Assembly (NCBI RefSeq): GCF_009914755.1
Contig: NC_060947.1
Source: the human T2T-CHM13v2.0 reference genome, Homo sapiens
Length of the DNA stretch: 64,000 nucleotides
Strand: one strand, 5' to 3'
The position numbers and the translations under genes are program-made. The stretch's first letter is position 1, and each line of letters starts with the position of its first letter. The notes beneath the pieces are model-generated. The model saw nothing but the letters and a program-made list of their open reading frames with translations. It searched no databases and was not told the origin of the DNA. Shown here in pieces: positions 27,736-46,383 of this stretch.

Positions 27736-28669
27736 CTATTCCTTCTCTAAATTATATCACCAGCCCAATCAAGTCTTTTCCACTCTCCTTTTCCCTTCTT
27801 ACCTCCAGACATTACAGTGGCATAAGAATTTTACAGTTCAAGGATTCAGTTTACAATTTCAGTTGAGAAGCTTACATAACTAAGAGTTATATACACTTAT
27901 ATATTATGTGTTTATATATATTATATATGTAAGTTTTATATATATGTGTATATTCTTCATTTCAAAAGGGTTGACTATTTTTGGAAGGTTCAAATTGGTA
28001 AATTACATTTCAGGAAGATCATGCAAATCTAGTTCAAGCATCAAGAATGTTGGAGGTGAAAAGGTAAGTTTCTATATATATGATTCTCCCAGGCAAACTT
28101 AGGTTGTGATTTTTACCTGGTCTCATTAACTAAAAAAGATTAAGATTAGTCAATGGTTGTATTGAGGATCATAGTAAACAATCAAGATTTATTGAGCTGG
28201 AAGGCAGCAACTTTCTTTTTGAGTCAGGGCTAAGCTAATATTCTAGCATAGTTCTGTGGGTTTTACTAAATTCTAAAGCTCACCCACAAGTCATAACCAA
28301 CTTGACTCAATGAAGGTTATGTAGATGACACTGAAAAGCTGCAGAATAAAAAATTCTAATTACAGTATTGTACTATGAGGTGGCTATTGCTCCCACTTAT
28401 GCTTCTCTGCCTATTTCCTTCCTTGGTTCCTCATAGCTGAGTACAATGGTGCCCTAAATTGCAAATCTAAATTGTTCCCAGCTCCTGATCCAATTCAAAT
28501 TGAAGGAGATATCAGCAGATCCAGATGCACCATCCATTTTAGTTTGGATTTAGATCAGCCTCCCTGAGATCTGATGGCTCAGTTAACATCTCCAAGGCTT
28601 TTGCCTTTTCTCCCACATCCCCTTTGCTACCTACCGACCAACAATAAAAGTCAGTGGTGAACAGTAATT

Positions 28670-28885
28670 ATTTGCATGGATTCTGAAGCTAGACTGCCTG
28701 AGTTAAATTCTAGCTCTGTCAACTATTTGCTGTGTGGCTTTGGGCAAATCATTTTACATCGATATTCCTCAGTTTCATCATCTATAAAATGGGGCAATGA
28801 TAGTATCTAGCTCATAAACTTCTTGAGAGGATTAAAGATGAGAAGGCTTGTAAAGTGCTTAATGCCTGGCACATAATAAGCACTT
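28670..28885 (+). mobile_element. MIR SINE
   Basis: GCTGTGTGGCTTTGGGCAAATCA..CCTCAGTTTCATCATCTATAAAATGGGG..TGCCTGGCACATAATAAGCACT. Confidence 0.88.
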
Positions 28886-29374
28886 CATGCTCATGGTAAT
28901 GAATTTTAAAAGTCTGAGATCCATTTTCTCAGGGAAATGTTTCCCCTCTCCCTTTCTAATTGGTAGCTCTTCTTTCCACCCTCTCCTTCAACACCCACTC
29001 CCATGTTGACATTGTTCACTAAGCTTCTGACTTGGTCACTATTCTGAATCTCTACTAGATTTCACAACCTAATACCTCAATCCTCTTCTAGGTTTGGGCA
29101 GACTTGAAGAGAAATATGAGATGACGAGCTGAGTACCAACTGACTGACTTAACATCTGACGTTCCATATCTATGTTCCACCAGTCTAACCAGGTTTCCCA
29201 ATACCTACAAGTTTTCCAAATTGTGACTAAGATAGAATGTCTGTCTCTGGAATATCATGTCCAACCCACCTAACTGAAGCTCTGTGGTCCTCTACCTTTT
29301 CCTCTTCTAGTTGCTGGTCCTCTAACTTTTCCTCCTCTCGTTGACCCAGGATGCCAGGAACAGACAAGGTGTAA

Positions 29375-29733
<359 letters not shown>

Positions 29734-30079
29734 CTAGGGCAGTATTTCTGAAACAAACAGGCAAAAATTCTGTTTCGCAAATGAGTAATCCCATCTTATT
29801 TGGGTAGAGTTCCTGGATGATTGAACAACACCAAAAGGCAAATGCTGATCTTATTCCAGACAGACTACAAGAATAGAGAACACCATTCAAAAACTAGAAA
29901 AGATATTACAAATACGAAAAATACATTAAATGTTCTTATTTGATGAAGGGAAATTAAGAACAGGAAACAAAGGGCTTTCCCTGCTGAGTCTTAAGTCTGA
30001 ATAAACCTATTACAATAAATTAAAATATGTTATGTAAATCTTCCATTTGTATTTGTAGAATATTTTCCTTCCCAGGATC

Positions 30080-30220
30080 TCAAAGCACTTTGCAAACATT
30101 AATTACCTATCAGTATCTGCCTGTGGTATGACTATTATCATTGCCTACTAGATGATGAAACAAGAACAGAGAAAGGTTAAGAAACTTGCCCAAAGCCACA
30201 TGGGGCAAACTCTGAACAAG
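30080..30220 (-). mobile_element. MIR fragment
   Basis: AGATGATGAAACAAGAACAGAGAAAGGTTAAGAAACTTGCCCAAAGCCACA is the antisense MIR core. Confidence 0.7.
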
Positions 30221-30829
30221 AACCATTTGTTGTTTCTGTGTTTGCAATAATGAGCAAATTAAAAGTGCAATAATTTTCTTTGTAATTCAGAAAACAACAC
30301 TTTTTTAACAGTCATCCCTAACCATAAAAAAGGAAGTCTTTTTAACTTCCCTTAATGTGGATACTTTTTTTCAGATAGTACCTAATTATGGTAAATTGCT
30401 TCATTCCCTAATTGTTACTGCAAGGCAACTAAACATTGTTATGCTGACTACTCAAGAGTGGATTGTTAATGGCCTTAATCATCAGATAATCTGGCAATAT
30501 AATCAATGTAACTGGGAGATACCTTGTGGAAACAACAAGTAAATCAAGTATAAAACATAAATTTACAAGGGAGTGTTCAGTTCTATTGTTTTATGTTTTG
30601 TATGATAAGTTGAAAAATCTAATTTCACAAAGAGGCAGAAGGAAATGTTAATACTATTTTGTACCCCTCTGCCAGAACCCCACATGCCTTGATGTATACT
30701 GCTGGATTCTCATCACACCAACTTAGAACATCTTCTCACCTTTTTGGCAGATATGGAAACAATTTGATAATATCCCGTTTGTATGGCTGTGGGATTTATT
30801 AGGCTGTACTTGCATTAGATAATACATGT

Positions 30830-32250
30830 TTTTCAAATAATGAAAAGCAAAAACATCTTCTTCCTAACCCTAGCTCTTCCATCTCTAGTTCACATGCCCC
30901 TAAATGGTAACCACTATTAATAATTTTTATTGTCTTTCAAGAGTTTGTTATTTTTATTTGTTATTTTTGTTATTGCATTTATAGACCAATAGAAATATAT
31001 TTTCTTCTCTGTCTCCTACCCCAATCATAGATTACCACTTTGAATTTTAAATATTTTACTTAGTAATATGTCTTAGAAATATTTTCTTATCAGTGCCTAA
31101 AGAGTATCCTCATCCTCTAAAAAAAAAAGTTACAGTTCCATGGTATTCTATTGCCTCAATGTACCATACTTTATTAGCCAGTTCCCTACCAATATAAATT
31201 TAGAATTTGTCCAATCATTTCCTACTACAAACACTGCCACAGTCAGTAATATGGAACATATGTCATTTTATACATGAGAATATATTTGTAGAATATGTTC
31301 ATAGAAAATATATTGCTAGGTTAAAAGGCAAATACACTATGGTTTTGGTGGATTGTCCTCCATAGGGATTGTATCAATTACATTCCACCAATAATGATAA
31401 ATAAGAATGTCTATTTCTCTATGATATAGCTTGGATATTTGTCCTTGCCCAAATCTCATGTTGAATCATAATCCCCAATGCTGGAGGTAGGGGCTGGTGG
31501 GAGGTGTTTGGTCATGGGAGTAGATCCCTCATGGCTTGGTATGGTCTTCACAACAGTGAGCTCTCAAAAGATCTGGTCATTTAAAAGTGCATGGCACCTC
31601 CCACCCTCACTCTTGCTCCTGCTTTTGCCATGTGATGTGCCTGCTCTCCGTTTGCTTTCTGCCATGATTGGAAGCTTCCTGAGGCCTCCCCAGAAGTAGA
31701 TGCTGCTATGTTTCCTATACAGGCTGCAGAACTGTGAGCCAATTAAACCTCTTCTTTTTTTTTTTTTTTTTTTTTTTTTTGGTGAATTGCCCAGTCTTGG
31801 GTATGTCTTTGTAGTAATGCAAAACAGCTTCATATCCCTCACAGCCATACCAACAGAATATTATCAAATTGTTTTCATGTCTGCCAAAAAGGTGAAAATG
31901 GTATCTCATTGCCATTCTCTAATTATGAGTGAGGTGAGCATCTTTTCATATGACTAAGAGCCTTTTCTATAAAATATCAATTTGTATTCTTTGTTCAGTT
32001 TTCAACTGATTGTTAGTGTTTTCTTATTGATTTATAGGAAACCTTTATATATTAGAGATAATAGCCCATCATGGATATAAACTGCAAATAAATTTTTGCC
32101 AGTTTGTCAATTATCTTTAAATTTTGGCTTGGTGGTTTGCCATAAAAGATTTTTTATTTTTAAGAAATAATATTATTAATATTTGATTGTTTTCATTTTA
32201 TGTCATAGTTAGAAATGCTTTTGCCACACCCAGATCGAAAAACATCCCCT
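30830..32250 (-). mobile_element. Ancient L1ME fragment interrupted by MSTA
   Basis: Antisense L1 motifs GTATCAATTACATTCCACCA, AAATGGTATCTCATT, GAGGTGAGCATCTTTTCATATG. Confidence 0.7.
31422..31835 (+). mobile_element. MaLR LTR MSTA
   Basis: TGATATAGCTTGGATATTTGTCC..CCCAAATCTCATGTTGAA..GAAGCTTCCTGAGGCCTCCCCAGAAG..GCAGAACTGTGAGCCAATTAAACCTC; internal T26. Confidence 0.9.
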
Positions 32251-32399
32251 CTCTACAGTATAAAGATTTGGGGGGGCTTTATGTTGGTGTGTGGAGGGGA
32301 GTGAAATAGGAATTATAAAGATGACTTCAAAATAAAGATCTGGTCTTAAGAAACAAATATAAAATAAAAACAAAAGGACCAACCCTATTAAATAAAAGA

Positions 32400-33420
32400 G
32401 CAAATGAAATGTTTTGAAGCTGAACTCTCACTAGGATAACCAGAAGATACTTTATGTTTTTAGCATATATTATGGGCCAGGGGATGATCCTTTGAACCTA
32501 GAAGAGCTAACAGATGAATTGCACAGATCAAGAAGCAACAATTTTGGTTGCCTGTTGAAGAACCAGGGCCTCCAGATAGTGTAGAAGTGCTGTATATAGA
32601 GAAAAACATGACTCTAGAGAGCAACAATTCAGTAAATTCTCTACGGAATCAGCTCAATGAACAACTAACACAATATGTGAAGCTGTTAATAATGATCAAT
32701 TTAGACCTTAAAGAAATGAGGAGGCACATGAAAGCTAGCATGAGTTTGTCAAAAACAAACCATGTGAAACCACAATTTCATCCTTCCTTCAACAGGATAA
32801 GTTTAGTATATATATATATATATAAAAACTTGGTGGAAACTTGGGCAAGCAAATAATTTTTTAAAGAGGCAAATTAGGTGAAAGTTCCATAGATGGATAT
32901 GTTAGATGTAAAACTATTTCAAACAAATTGAGTAAAAAGAGTTGTTACTAACAGTCAATATTGGATTGGGTGGAGGTGTCAAGTAGGTCCCTTAGGGGTC
33001 CTCTCTGAGTTCAATACAATTCAATATTTTCATTTACTACTTTGAGAATAGAAGATAGAGGATACTAATAAAATTTGCAGGTGTTCCTGCACAATGCAGG
33101 ATAGGCATAAAACAGAATGTGAGCAAGATAAACTTTTTAAATGGACAGAAATCAATAAAATAAGATTCAATAAAGCATTCATAAATGTAATGTGATTCAC
33201 AAAGAATAATCAAATGCACCAATGTAAAATGGAATTACAAGAGAGTCTAAGGGTTATAGTAGAAAGTAAAATGAACATGTATCAGCAACAGGACTGTCAA
33301 ACCCCAAAGGCAAGTGCTGATCAAATTACAAAAATGAATTTGTTTCCTAATAGAAGAAAAAGGGGAAAGGTTATGCTAGTCTATAAGCACTTTAGCATGT
33401 CTGTCCAGGGTGTCAACCTA
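32400..33420 (+). mobile_element. L3/CR1 LINE reverse-transcriptase relic
   Basis: GGAGGTGTCAAGTAGGTCCCTTAGGGGTC..ATTCAATATTTTCATT..ATAAAATTTGCAG is a decayed SGVPQGS..LFNIFI..IKFADD region. Confidence 0.6.
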
Positions 33421-33559
33421 AAAGATAATAGAGAAGTGGGGTACAGAGAAGTGCAAAATCAGAAGAATTCACATAGGAAAAAATAAAACAAGTATAAAAC
33501 AAAGATAAATGTAGAAGCATAAGTGAAGGAAGTAAAAGTACATAGAGTTGATGAGAGCA

Positions 33560-33680
33560 GAAGCCAGATAAAGGCACAGGGAGAGGGTAAAGGAGTGGAA
33601 GAGAGGAAAGTGGAAAGCAGAGAAAGGCAATGGAGAAGGGAAGGGAAGGGAGAGAAGGAGGAAAGAAAAGGAAGCAAGAT
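33560..33680. repeat. Purine-rich (GA-rich) low-complexity tract
   Basis: GGAGAAGGGAAGGGAAGGGAGAGAAGGAGGAAAGAAAAGG. Confidence 0.7.
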
Positions 33681-33691
33681 TTTTTGTAGGG

Positions 33692-36749
<3,058 letters not shown>

Positions 36750-37299
36750 GCTGGAAGCTGGACTTTTTAAAGGGGTGAAGAAGGACAAGGGGAGAATCCC
36801 TTCAAAAGAAGTTTTATTTGTGTGAAAGCACAAACGTGTTACCCCAAGAATTGGTGGTGGGCTTCCCAATTAATATTTTAATTGGAATGTTTCCAAAGAA
36901 TACACTTGCAGTAATTTAGATCCTTCATTGAATATGATCTTCAGATCAGCAATTATAAAAAATGGCCAGAGGCTTATTAGAGATTTGGGGGCAAAATCAC
37001 ACTTAAAAGAGTAGAAGGAAGTACTTTTAATTTTTTTTTTTATTTAAAAGCTTCATGAGTTTCAAAGCAATGCAAATTAACCATAAGCATGTCAACAAAA
37101 AGAAAGCAAACAGAGCCATACATTTTCCTTATAAAGCAACATTTGTTATTTATTTAATTTCAGAAGTAAAATGTGGCCATAAGAAATTTTGAAAATTATT
37201 GGTAAATATTTTTGTAGTTAAAATTATCTATGGTCTCAACATCATTAACACTAATGTATTTACTTGACTCACTCAATATATATTTTTAATTTGTATCAT

Positions 37300-38250
37300 T
37301 TTGTATATGCGATTGTATATCTGCATTTTTATTGTTTATATTATTAATATCTTCCCAAGAAGTGAATATTTTTTGAAAACATAACTATTAATAGCTGCAT
37401 TGTATTCCATTTATAAATGTTGAAATCATCTTTCTATGGTTGGATATTTAATCATTAACTTTACATCATTATAAATAATGCTACATAGTTTAATATTTTC
37501 TTAGCATACATTCTAAGAACGCAAACATAAAATGTGAACATTTTATAGTTTCATATCTGTTGTGTGTTATATGTGCATATGTGTATATAAACATACATTT
37601 GGAAAGAGAGAGAAAAAAAAAATTGTTTTCCAGAAAGGTTGCTTGCACTCTTCCCAGCACTATATGAAAATATTCATTTCACTTTATGCATGCCAGTATT
37701 ACATGAGCAATAGTTTTGTTTAAGTTGTATTTTTTAAGTCACTATATTTGATTTTTAAAATTTCTGTGAACTCTCTTATTTATGTATTTTGTCTAGTCAA
37801 TGTCATTTTAGTTAAAGTCTTGTTAGTTATTTACATATTAAGAGCATTAGTCTTTGACCATATCCATCAGAAACATTTTCCTAACTTGCTTTCTGATTAT
37901 AATATATTTTTATGCTTTTTAGTGCATAGAGAATGTAATAGTTACATACATAAACACATTGAATTTTTGCTTCATGATTTCCTCTTTGCTTTTATGCTTT
38001 GAAAGTTCTTTTCCAACCCATCATCAGTTATTCACTTATACTTTATTCTAGTATTTATGGTTTCATTTTTTATATTTAGCTCATGAATTAATTTGGAATT
38101 TATTTTAGTGCATGATGTGAGGCTTTCTTTTTCAAATAGTTAACCAGTTTTCTCAACATTGCAAAATAATCTAATTCTTACCTCACTGATTTGTTATGAT
38201 CCTTTATCTTATACCAAGTGTGTTAATTAATTGGATGTGTTTTAGGGATT
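37300..38250 (-). mobile_element. Ancient L1ME fragment
   Basis: Antisense L1 motifs GCTGCATTGTATTCCAT, TTGCACTCTTCCCAGCA, TTTGGAATTTATTTTAGTG. Confidence 0.6.
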
Positions 38251-38987
38251 TCATGAAAGATAAACTGACACGGAATATCCAGACAATGCAGGATAAAGAA
38301 GAGTACTTCTGCAAAAAGTAGAGAGGAGTAAAGACAACAGAGGCAGCAAGGGAAAGAAGACACAGTAATCAGAGATGAGCAAGCAGGACAGTTGAGGGAA
38401 TGTGATGAGTTTCCATTGCTTATAAGAGACTGTATAAAGTTACACAGACGAGAAAACGGACGAAAGTACTTGAGTAAATGTATGTGTGGTGAGGGTGGGG
38501 AGGAGCACAAAGAAAGACCAAAGGGAAAGAGAATAATAGACCTTACTCCATATGAAAGCTGACTATCTGTAAAAAAAATAGGCGGGAGGAGGAAGAGCTC
38601 TCAGAAGGAGGGAAGTAACACAGAATTTGAAGCATGTCAAAAGACACAGAAAGAAAAGCATAAAGACAAAAAAGATGTGGTAAAGAAAATGACAGAAGCT
38701 AAAGGTCAAGATCCAAAAAAAAAAAGAAAGAAAGAAAGTAGTATCAGGAAAGTTTTACACAAAGAATCATCAAAGAGGAACCAGGCTCATAAAGTAAAAA
38801 TTGATGGACTCCTGAGGACATTAAAAAATGTCTAAGAAGCAGAAAGAAATAGAATACGACCAGGGTGAGGATGAGTCTCGTAGAACATTCTAATAACAAA
38901 CAGGAAGTTAAAATGTGAGGGCAGCAGGAAAGATCTCTACCCAAAAGAATAGCATGTGGAGGAGGAAACACAGCAATACCTGATCTT

Positions 38988-39122
38988 TAAATATGCTAAA
39001 CTGTCATGATGTAACATTTTTAGTCTATTGGCTAAGGCTTATATGTAAGTAGTTACTTTTTACATATAAGCCTTAGCCAATAGACTCTAAAAATGTTACA
39101 TCATGACAATTTAGCATATTTA
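38988..39122. repeat. Long near-perfect inverted repeat (61/63-bp arms, 11-bp spacer)
   Basis: 38988-39048 is the reverse complement of 39060-39122 apart from one substitution and one 2-bp indel. Confidence 0.97.
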
Positions 39123-39330
39123 GAGAACACTTGGACACAGGGCAGGGAACATCACACACTGGGGCCTGTGAGGTAGGGGGATGGGGGAGGGATAGCATTA
39201 GGAGAAATACCTAATGTAAATGACGAATTAATGGGTGCAGCAAACCAACATGGCACATATATAAATATGTAACAAACCTGCAGGTGGTGCACATGTACCC
39301 TAGAACTTAAAGTATAATAAATAAATAAAG
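39123..39330 (+). mobile_element. Very short 5'-truncated L1PA (L1PA5/6-like) 3' end
   Basis: GAGAACACTTGGACACAGG..GGATAGCATTAGGAGAAATACCTAATG..CCTAGAACTTAAAGTATAAT plus A-rich tail. Confidence 0.93.
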
Positions 39331-39392
39331 TATAATTTAATATACTTTGAATAATTATAAGGTAGTATTAAATCAAAGTTATATGAGGTAAT

Positions 39393-40125
<733 letters not shown>

Positions 40126-40339
40126 ACAATTAAATAAATTAATTAATTAAAAAGTAGTCAAACTATAGCTTTAAAATGTTTCATAGAGTCTTTTTTTAAA
40201 GGAAAGGGAATGAAAAAGGTAAAATAATTATGATCTTGGGTATTAAGACCCTCTGGAGAGAAAAAAACAAAGGAAATTCCAATGCCTATGAACTAGAGAG
40301 CCAGAAGAAAAAGCAGCTGAAAGGATAAAGCATATAACT

Positions 40340-41850
40340 TGTTCATTCCTCATCAATTAAACAAATATGTATGGGGGCCACCACATTAAGCAGTGTGGGG
40401 GTATGAAAGATGAATGCTAGCCTCTGCTCTCAAAGATGTCCTATCTAGTGTAGAAAACAAAATAATAAATACGACATTCCAATACTGTGGGATACATGCT
40501 ATAATCAATTATGTACACTCTGTTATAGAAATAAGAGGAATGATAGACGACCTAACTTTGTGGGGGATGAGGTAAGGAAAGAAAGTGAACGTTGAGCTGA
40601 ATCTTAAAGGTTTCTTAGAAGTTGGCCAACTAGTCCAGGAAAGAAACAAGGTATGAAGGTATGAGGATGGACGGTGTACTTGGAGTACAGAAAGCAATTA
40701 ATTGTGACTGGATCATAGAATATGTAGGAGACTTTAGTAGAAAATGACGCCAGAAAGAGACAGAAAATAGGTCTTTCAACTATGCCAAAGACAATGGGAA
40801 GCCTTCAAAGATCTTTAAGCAAGAGAGTGAAACGATCAGATTTGCCCATTAGAAAAGCCAAGCTAGTTTTAATCGGAAGAAGGAAGGACTAGAGGTAAGG
40901 AATTAGAAGCTTTCACAATAGTACAAATACACCATGGAATACTATGCAGCCATAAAAAAGAATGAGATCATGTCCTTTGCAGGAATATGAATGGAGCTGG
41001 AGGCCACTATCATTAGCAAACCAACGCAGGAACAGAAAACCAAACACCACATGTTCTCACTTATAAGTGGGAACTAAATGATGAGAACACATGGACACAT
41101 AGAGGGGAAGGTGGAGGGTGAGAGGAGGGAGAGGATCAGGGCAAAAAACTAATAGGTGCTAGGCTTAATAACTGGGTGATGAAATAATCTGTACAACGAA
41201 CCCCCATGACACACATTTACCTATGTAACAAACCTGCACTTATACGCCTGAACTTAAAAGTTTAAAAGAAAAACAGAAAAAAAGATTATGAAGGCATAGA
41301 TTAGAAAAATGACAGCAGAAATAGATAGAAATGATTAGATTTGAGACATATCAAAAAGGAAAATTAGCAAAGCTCAGTAATAGACTGGCTATAGAATGTG
41401 AGAGATCATTCGGAAGATGCAGAGATGCTGCTAAGGTGTCTAGATTGCACTAGATGGATGATATTGGAAACACTGGAAAAGGTTCATGCTTGTAGAAGAT
41501 TGTGAGCTTGGTTTGGGATTGAGTTTAAAGGGCCTTTGAAACATTCAGTGGACATGAAGAAAGTCTTGGATATATATGCTCGGAGCTCAGTAGAAGGGCC
41601 TGAGCTAGAGAAAGAAATTTAGGTCTACAAGTACAAAAAAAGAAATTGAGTGGATTTGAGCACTTTAAGTGATAAAGGAAACAAAATCTGTGATTTATGG
41701 GAAAGAGGACAGTAAAAGAAATGTGTCAAGAAAACAATAAAAATTTAGTATATAGAATTTATGGAACATGAATAGCCTATGTTGTTAGAAATTCTAGTGT
41801 TCTGTAAGATATGAAAGGAAGAGTAAATATGTATGCTATATGAGTAATTA
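40340..41850 (-). mobile_element. L2 LINE interrupted by an L1 fragment
   Basis: TTCATTC..AACAAATATGTATG antisense L2 tail; GAGCTGAATCTTAAAGG, TTTAAGCAAGAGAGTGA..GATCAGATTTG. Confidence 0.7.
40927..41283 (+). mobile_element. L1PA13-16-type 3' end
   Basis: ATACACCATGGAATACTATGCAGCCATAAAAAAGAATGAGATCATG..TGGGTGATGAAATAATCTGTACAAC plus A tail. Confidence 0.9.
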
Positions 41851-42859
41851 TTATTTTTAGAAAGCTTTGACAATAAAATTAAATTAAACATGCCAGAGTA
41901 TTTTTGCAATGTTAAATATCAAGTACTAAGATTTTTCTAATGAACTGCTCTTAAATCTACTTATCCCCTGTCCAGACACAGTTATTTTCACCATCTGCCA
42001 GCAGCAGTCCCTCTCTTTAAAAAAAAAAAAACAAAAAAACTCTTTGTTAGTTTATTTTTCTTATGCTCAAAAATTGCAGAACAAATGAGAGAAGGCAGAG
42101 CATAGCTGCTAAGAGCTATCGGAATGAGTGACAGCCCAAAAATGGAAATGAATTTTGACAAACTCCCTCAGCAACTACATACTCCTAAAGATGGCAAGGG
42201 CCTATCCAGTATGTTTCAGCTAGGATTTTTTCTTTTCTTCCCTCTCTCTCACTTTTTTTTTTTTTTTTTGGAAATTGTCCAAGTTCTGATACGAACATGA
42301 AAGCATTGGAAATGCAATAAAAAAAATTGCAAAGACAGGGTCTCTTTTCAGGATTTGCCTGAAAGAGAAATAGACTTGAGAATCGTCTTGCATGATGATT
42401 CTCTTTACACAATAAGTCAGATTCAAGGTCACAGACTCAGGGCATTAAAGATTGGCTATAGGGCAACTGTAGTTTTTCACATGATGTGGAAGATGCCATG
42501 GTTTTAACACTCCTTATTCCTGCAATTCAGCTTTATTGTTCACCAAATCAAGGCCCCACGAAATTAACATTATTATGGCACTAAAAGGACTGATTAAAAT
42601 TTAAAAGATTTTAAATTTAATAAAATCATCCATGTTGCCCCAGATTTGAATTATATTTTCTCTCTGATTTCCAAACTAGAATCTTGTGTTCTTTTCTTTT
42701 CAGGATATTCTTTTTGGTGTTGACTGCAGCAGTCTATACACTAAAATACAAAAGCTACAATGAAGAGTCACCCTGAACAAAGCGAATACAAAATCATGTA
42801 TGCTTCATGTTTTATTCTTTTCTGTTTAAGAAAGTACCTCAAAAACAAGAATACAACCT

Positions 42860-43950
<1,091 letters not shown>

Positions 43951-45799
43951 CCTCCCTCCTGACTCTTCCACTTCCCCTTCCTTTCCTCAGTTTGACAGGC
44001 ACCTGGTTTCTGATGACCCCTGGGATTTCCATATAAACCCCAGACAATTCTCTGGACTACAAAGGTCACCCCTGGAAAATCTGGCTGCCTAGAAAGGTCA
44101 GACTTTGCTTCTGGCTTGGACAACTTTCATTTTCTTCCCCAGTTTCCCTGCCAATGGCCTAACCTCCTCTTTGTTTGCCTTTTAAGCTGCTATAGTCATT
44201 TGGGAAAACACACTTGAAATGGATTTACTTTCTGGGGTTGAAAATGTAATATGCTTGGTGTGATAAATATGTCTTCTCTATTACCATTAAAGCAAGAGAG
44301 GAACAAGAGAATAATACAAGTGGAAATGAGATTCTGAAATATCTGGGGTGAAACATTTTTAAGCAAACCATGGTAGATCCTGAGCCTTTCAAAAGTTGAT
44401 TCCTCAGACAATTTATTTCAGAAGATTTAGCTTGCTAGATAATTGGTCTTCTTTATCCTTATTGTGCGGCACTGCTGCAGTTCTCCTGAGACTGCCAACT
44501 TCCTCCATCTGGAGTCACAGCATGGACAGTTGTTTTCTGTCTGGACCAAATTACTTTAAGTGTTACATTCATGACCTAAATGGTTCAACATCTATTTAAA
44601 TTCAACAGATTTTTGCTCCTTGACCTTTAGTAGATCTAATTCCAATTCTGATAGAGATTGGAATAACACAGTGGAGAAAGTGCTTGGCCTTTTTTGAATG
44701 ATATGTATATGAGGGGGCACTATTCTAATAAATTAGATACTTTTATACAAGTTGTTGACAACCTGTACTTATTTGTTTAATCCTCCTCTTGGGCTTTTTT
44801 CATGTGCCAAGGCACTCAAAACATAAAAATGGCTTTGGCCTCTCTCAATACTGCTTCTAATGACCCCTGTTTGATTGCCTTCCCACTACCTCCATCCCTG
44901 AAGACAACATAAATGTTCATTTCAATCTAATTTTGTCTACATACAAATGATGAAGGGGGAAGACGCATATTGCGATTTTACTCCAAGCCCCATATCCATC
45001 TAAGGATGACCCTGGGCTCAAAAGCCCCAAAATATAGATACACAAAACTTGCCATCTACTCTCAGCTCCATTATCTTGTGCTTTCTTTACCTAAGTGCCT
45101 CAGCACAGCCAATCACTGGCAACATGGTGTTCGCTGGCATTCATAATGCTGATTTCATGGCTCTGTGCCAGTTTGAAAATGCCTTCTAAATCTTCACAGA
45201 AAGGAATTTTCTTCAGCCTAATTTACTTGTTGTATTTTATCATATTCTAATATACTGAAGAATGAAGCATGGAATTTCATAAGCTCACTGATAACCTTCT
45301 ATTTCCTCAGCCATGCTGGGTCCAGGAGAATATACTTCAATCTCTAAATACAAGAATATGTGGCTGCCTGGCAATCAGCCCACTGGCTAAAGACCCTGCT
45401 GCCAGCCTTTCCCTAGAGCTGCAGAGTTAAGTCAGAAATACACAGGCAGGCTTCAGTAGGGAAAAACATACGTTTGTAGAACCAGCCTGCCTGAATTCCA
45501 CTCCCAGCTGCAGCATGTCTTTGCTGTGACTTTCTCTTCCCAATGACAGTGTGATCCCTCAATATAGCATTTAGAGAGCATCAGATAAAAGGGGGTTATT
45601 TAAGGAGAAATTGTTATTTCTATTAGAACTGTTATTATGTCTTTCCCAGCATGAATGTCTGGGGAGAAAGATACTTTAGCCACCAAAAGGAGAGAAAAGA
45701 TTGTATGCAGCCCCTTTGAAGTTGCTTGAAGAGAGTGAGATAGAGACAGATAGACAAAGACAAGACTGTTGCTCATATGTGTAACTGTTACAGCCCTGA

Positions 45800-46198
<399 letters not shown>

Positions 46199-46383
46199 TA
46201 GATGGAAAAGAAAAACCATTGAGAAGGATAAGCTGGTAAAATGGAGGCAGTCCTTTATGTATCCTCCCAAATACATGGCTATTTGTTCATGTCTACTCTG
46301 ATTCAAGTCCAGACTTTGACTTTTAAAATCACTTGACCACACTCAAAGTAGATTATCATCCACAGCTCAAGAAAAATGAGCCC

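Noticed and set aside
42704-42797. Plus-strand acceptor with IFFLVLTAAVYT resembling PMP22/EMP-family AAIYT
   Set aside because: Frame stops at 42774 before the expected last transmembrane segment and no partner exons were found; likely chance
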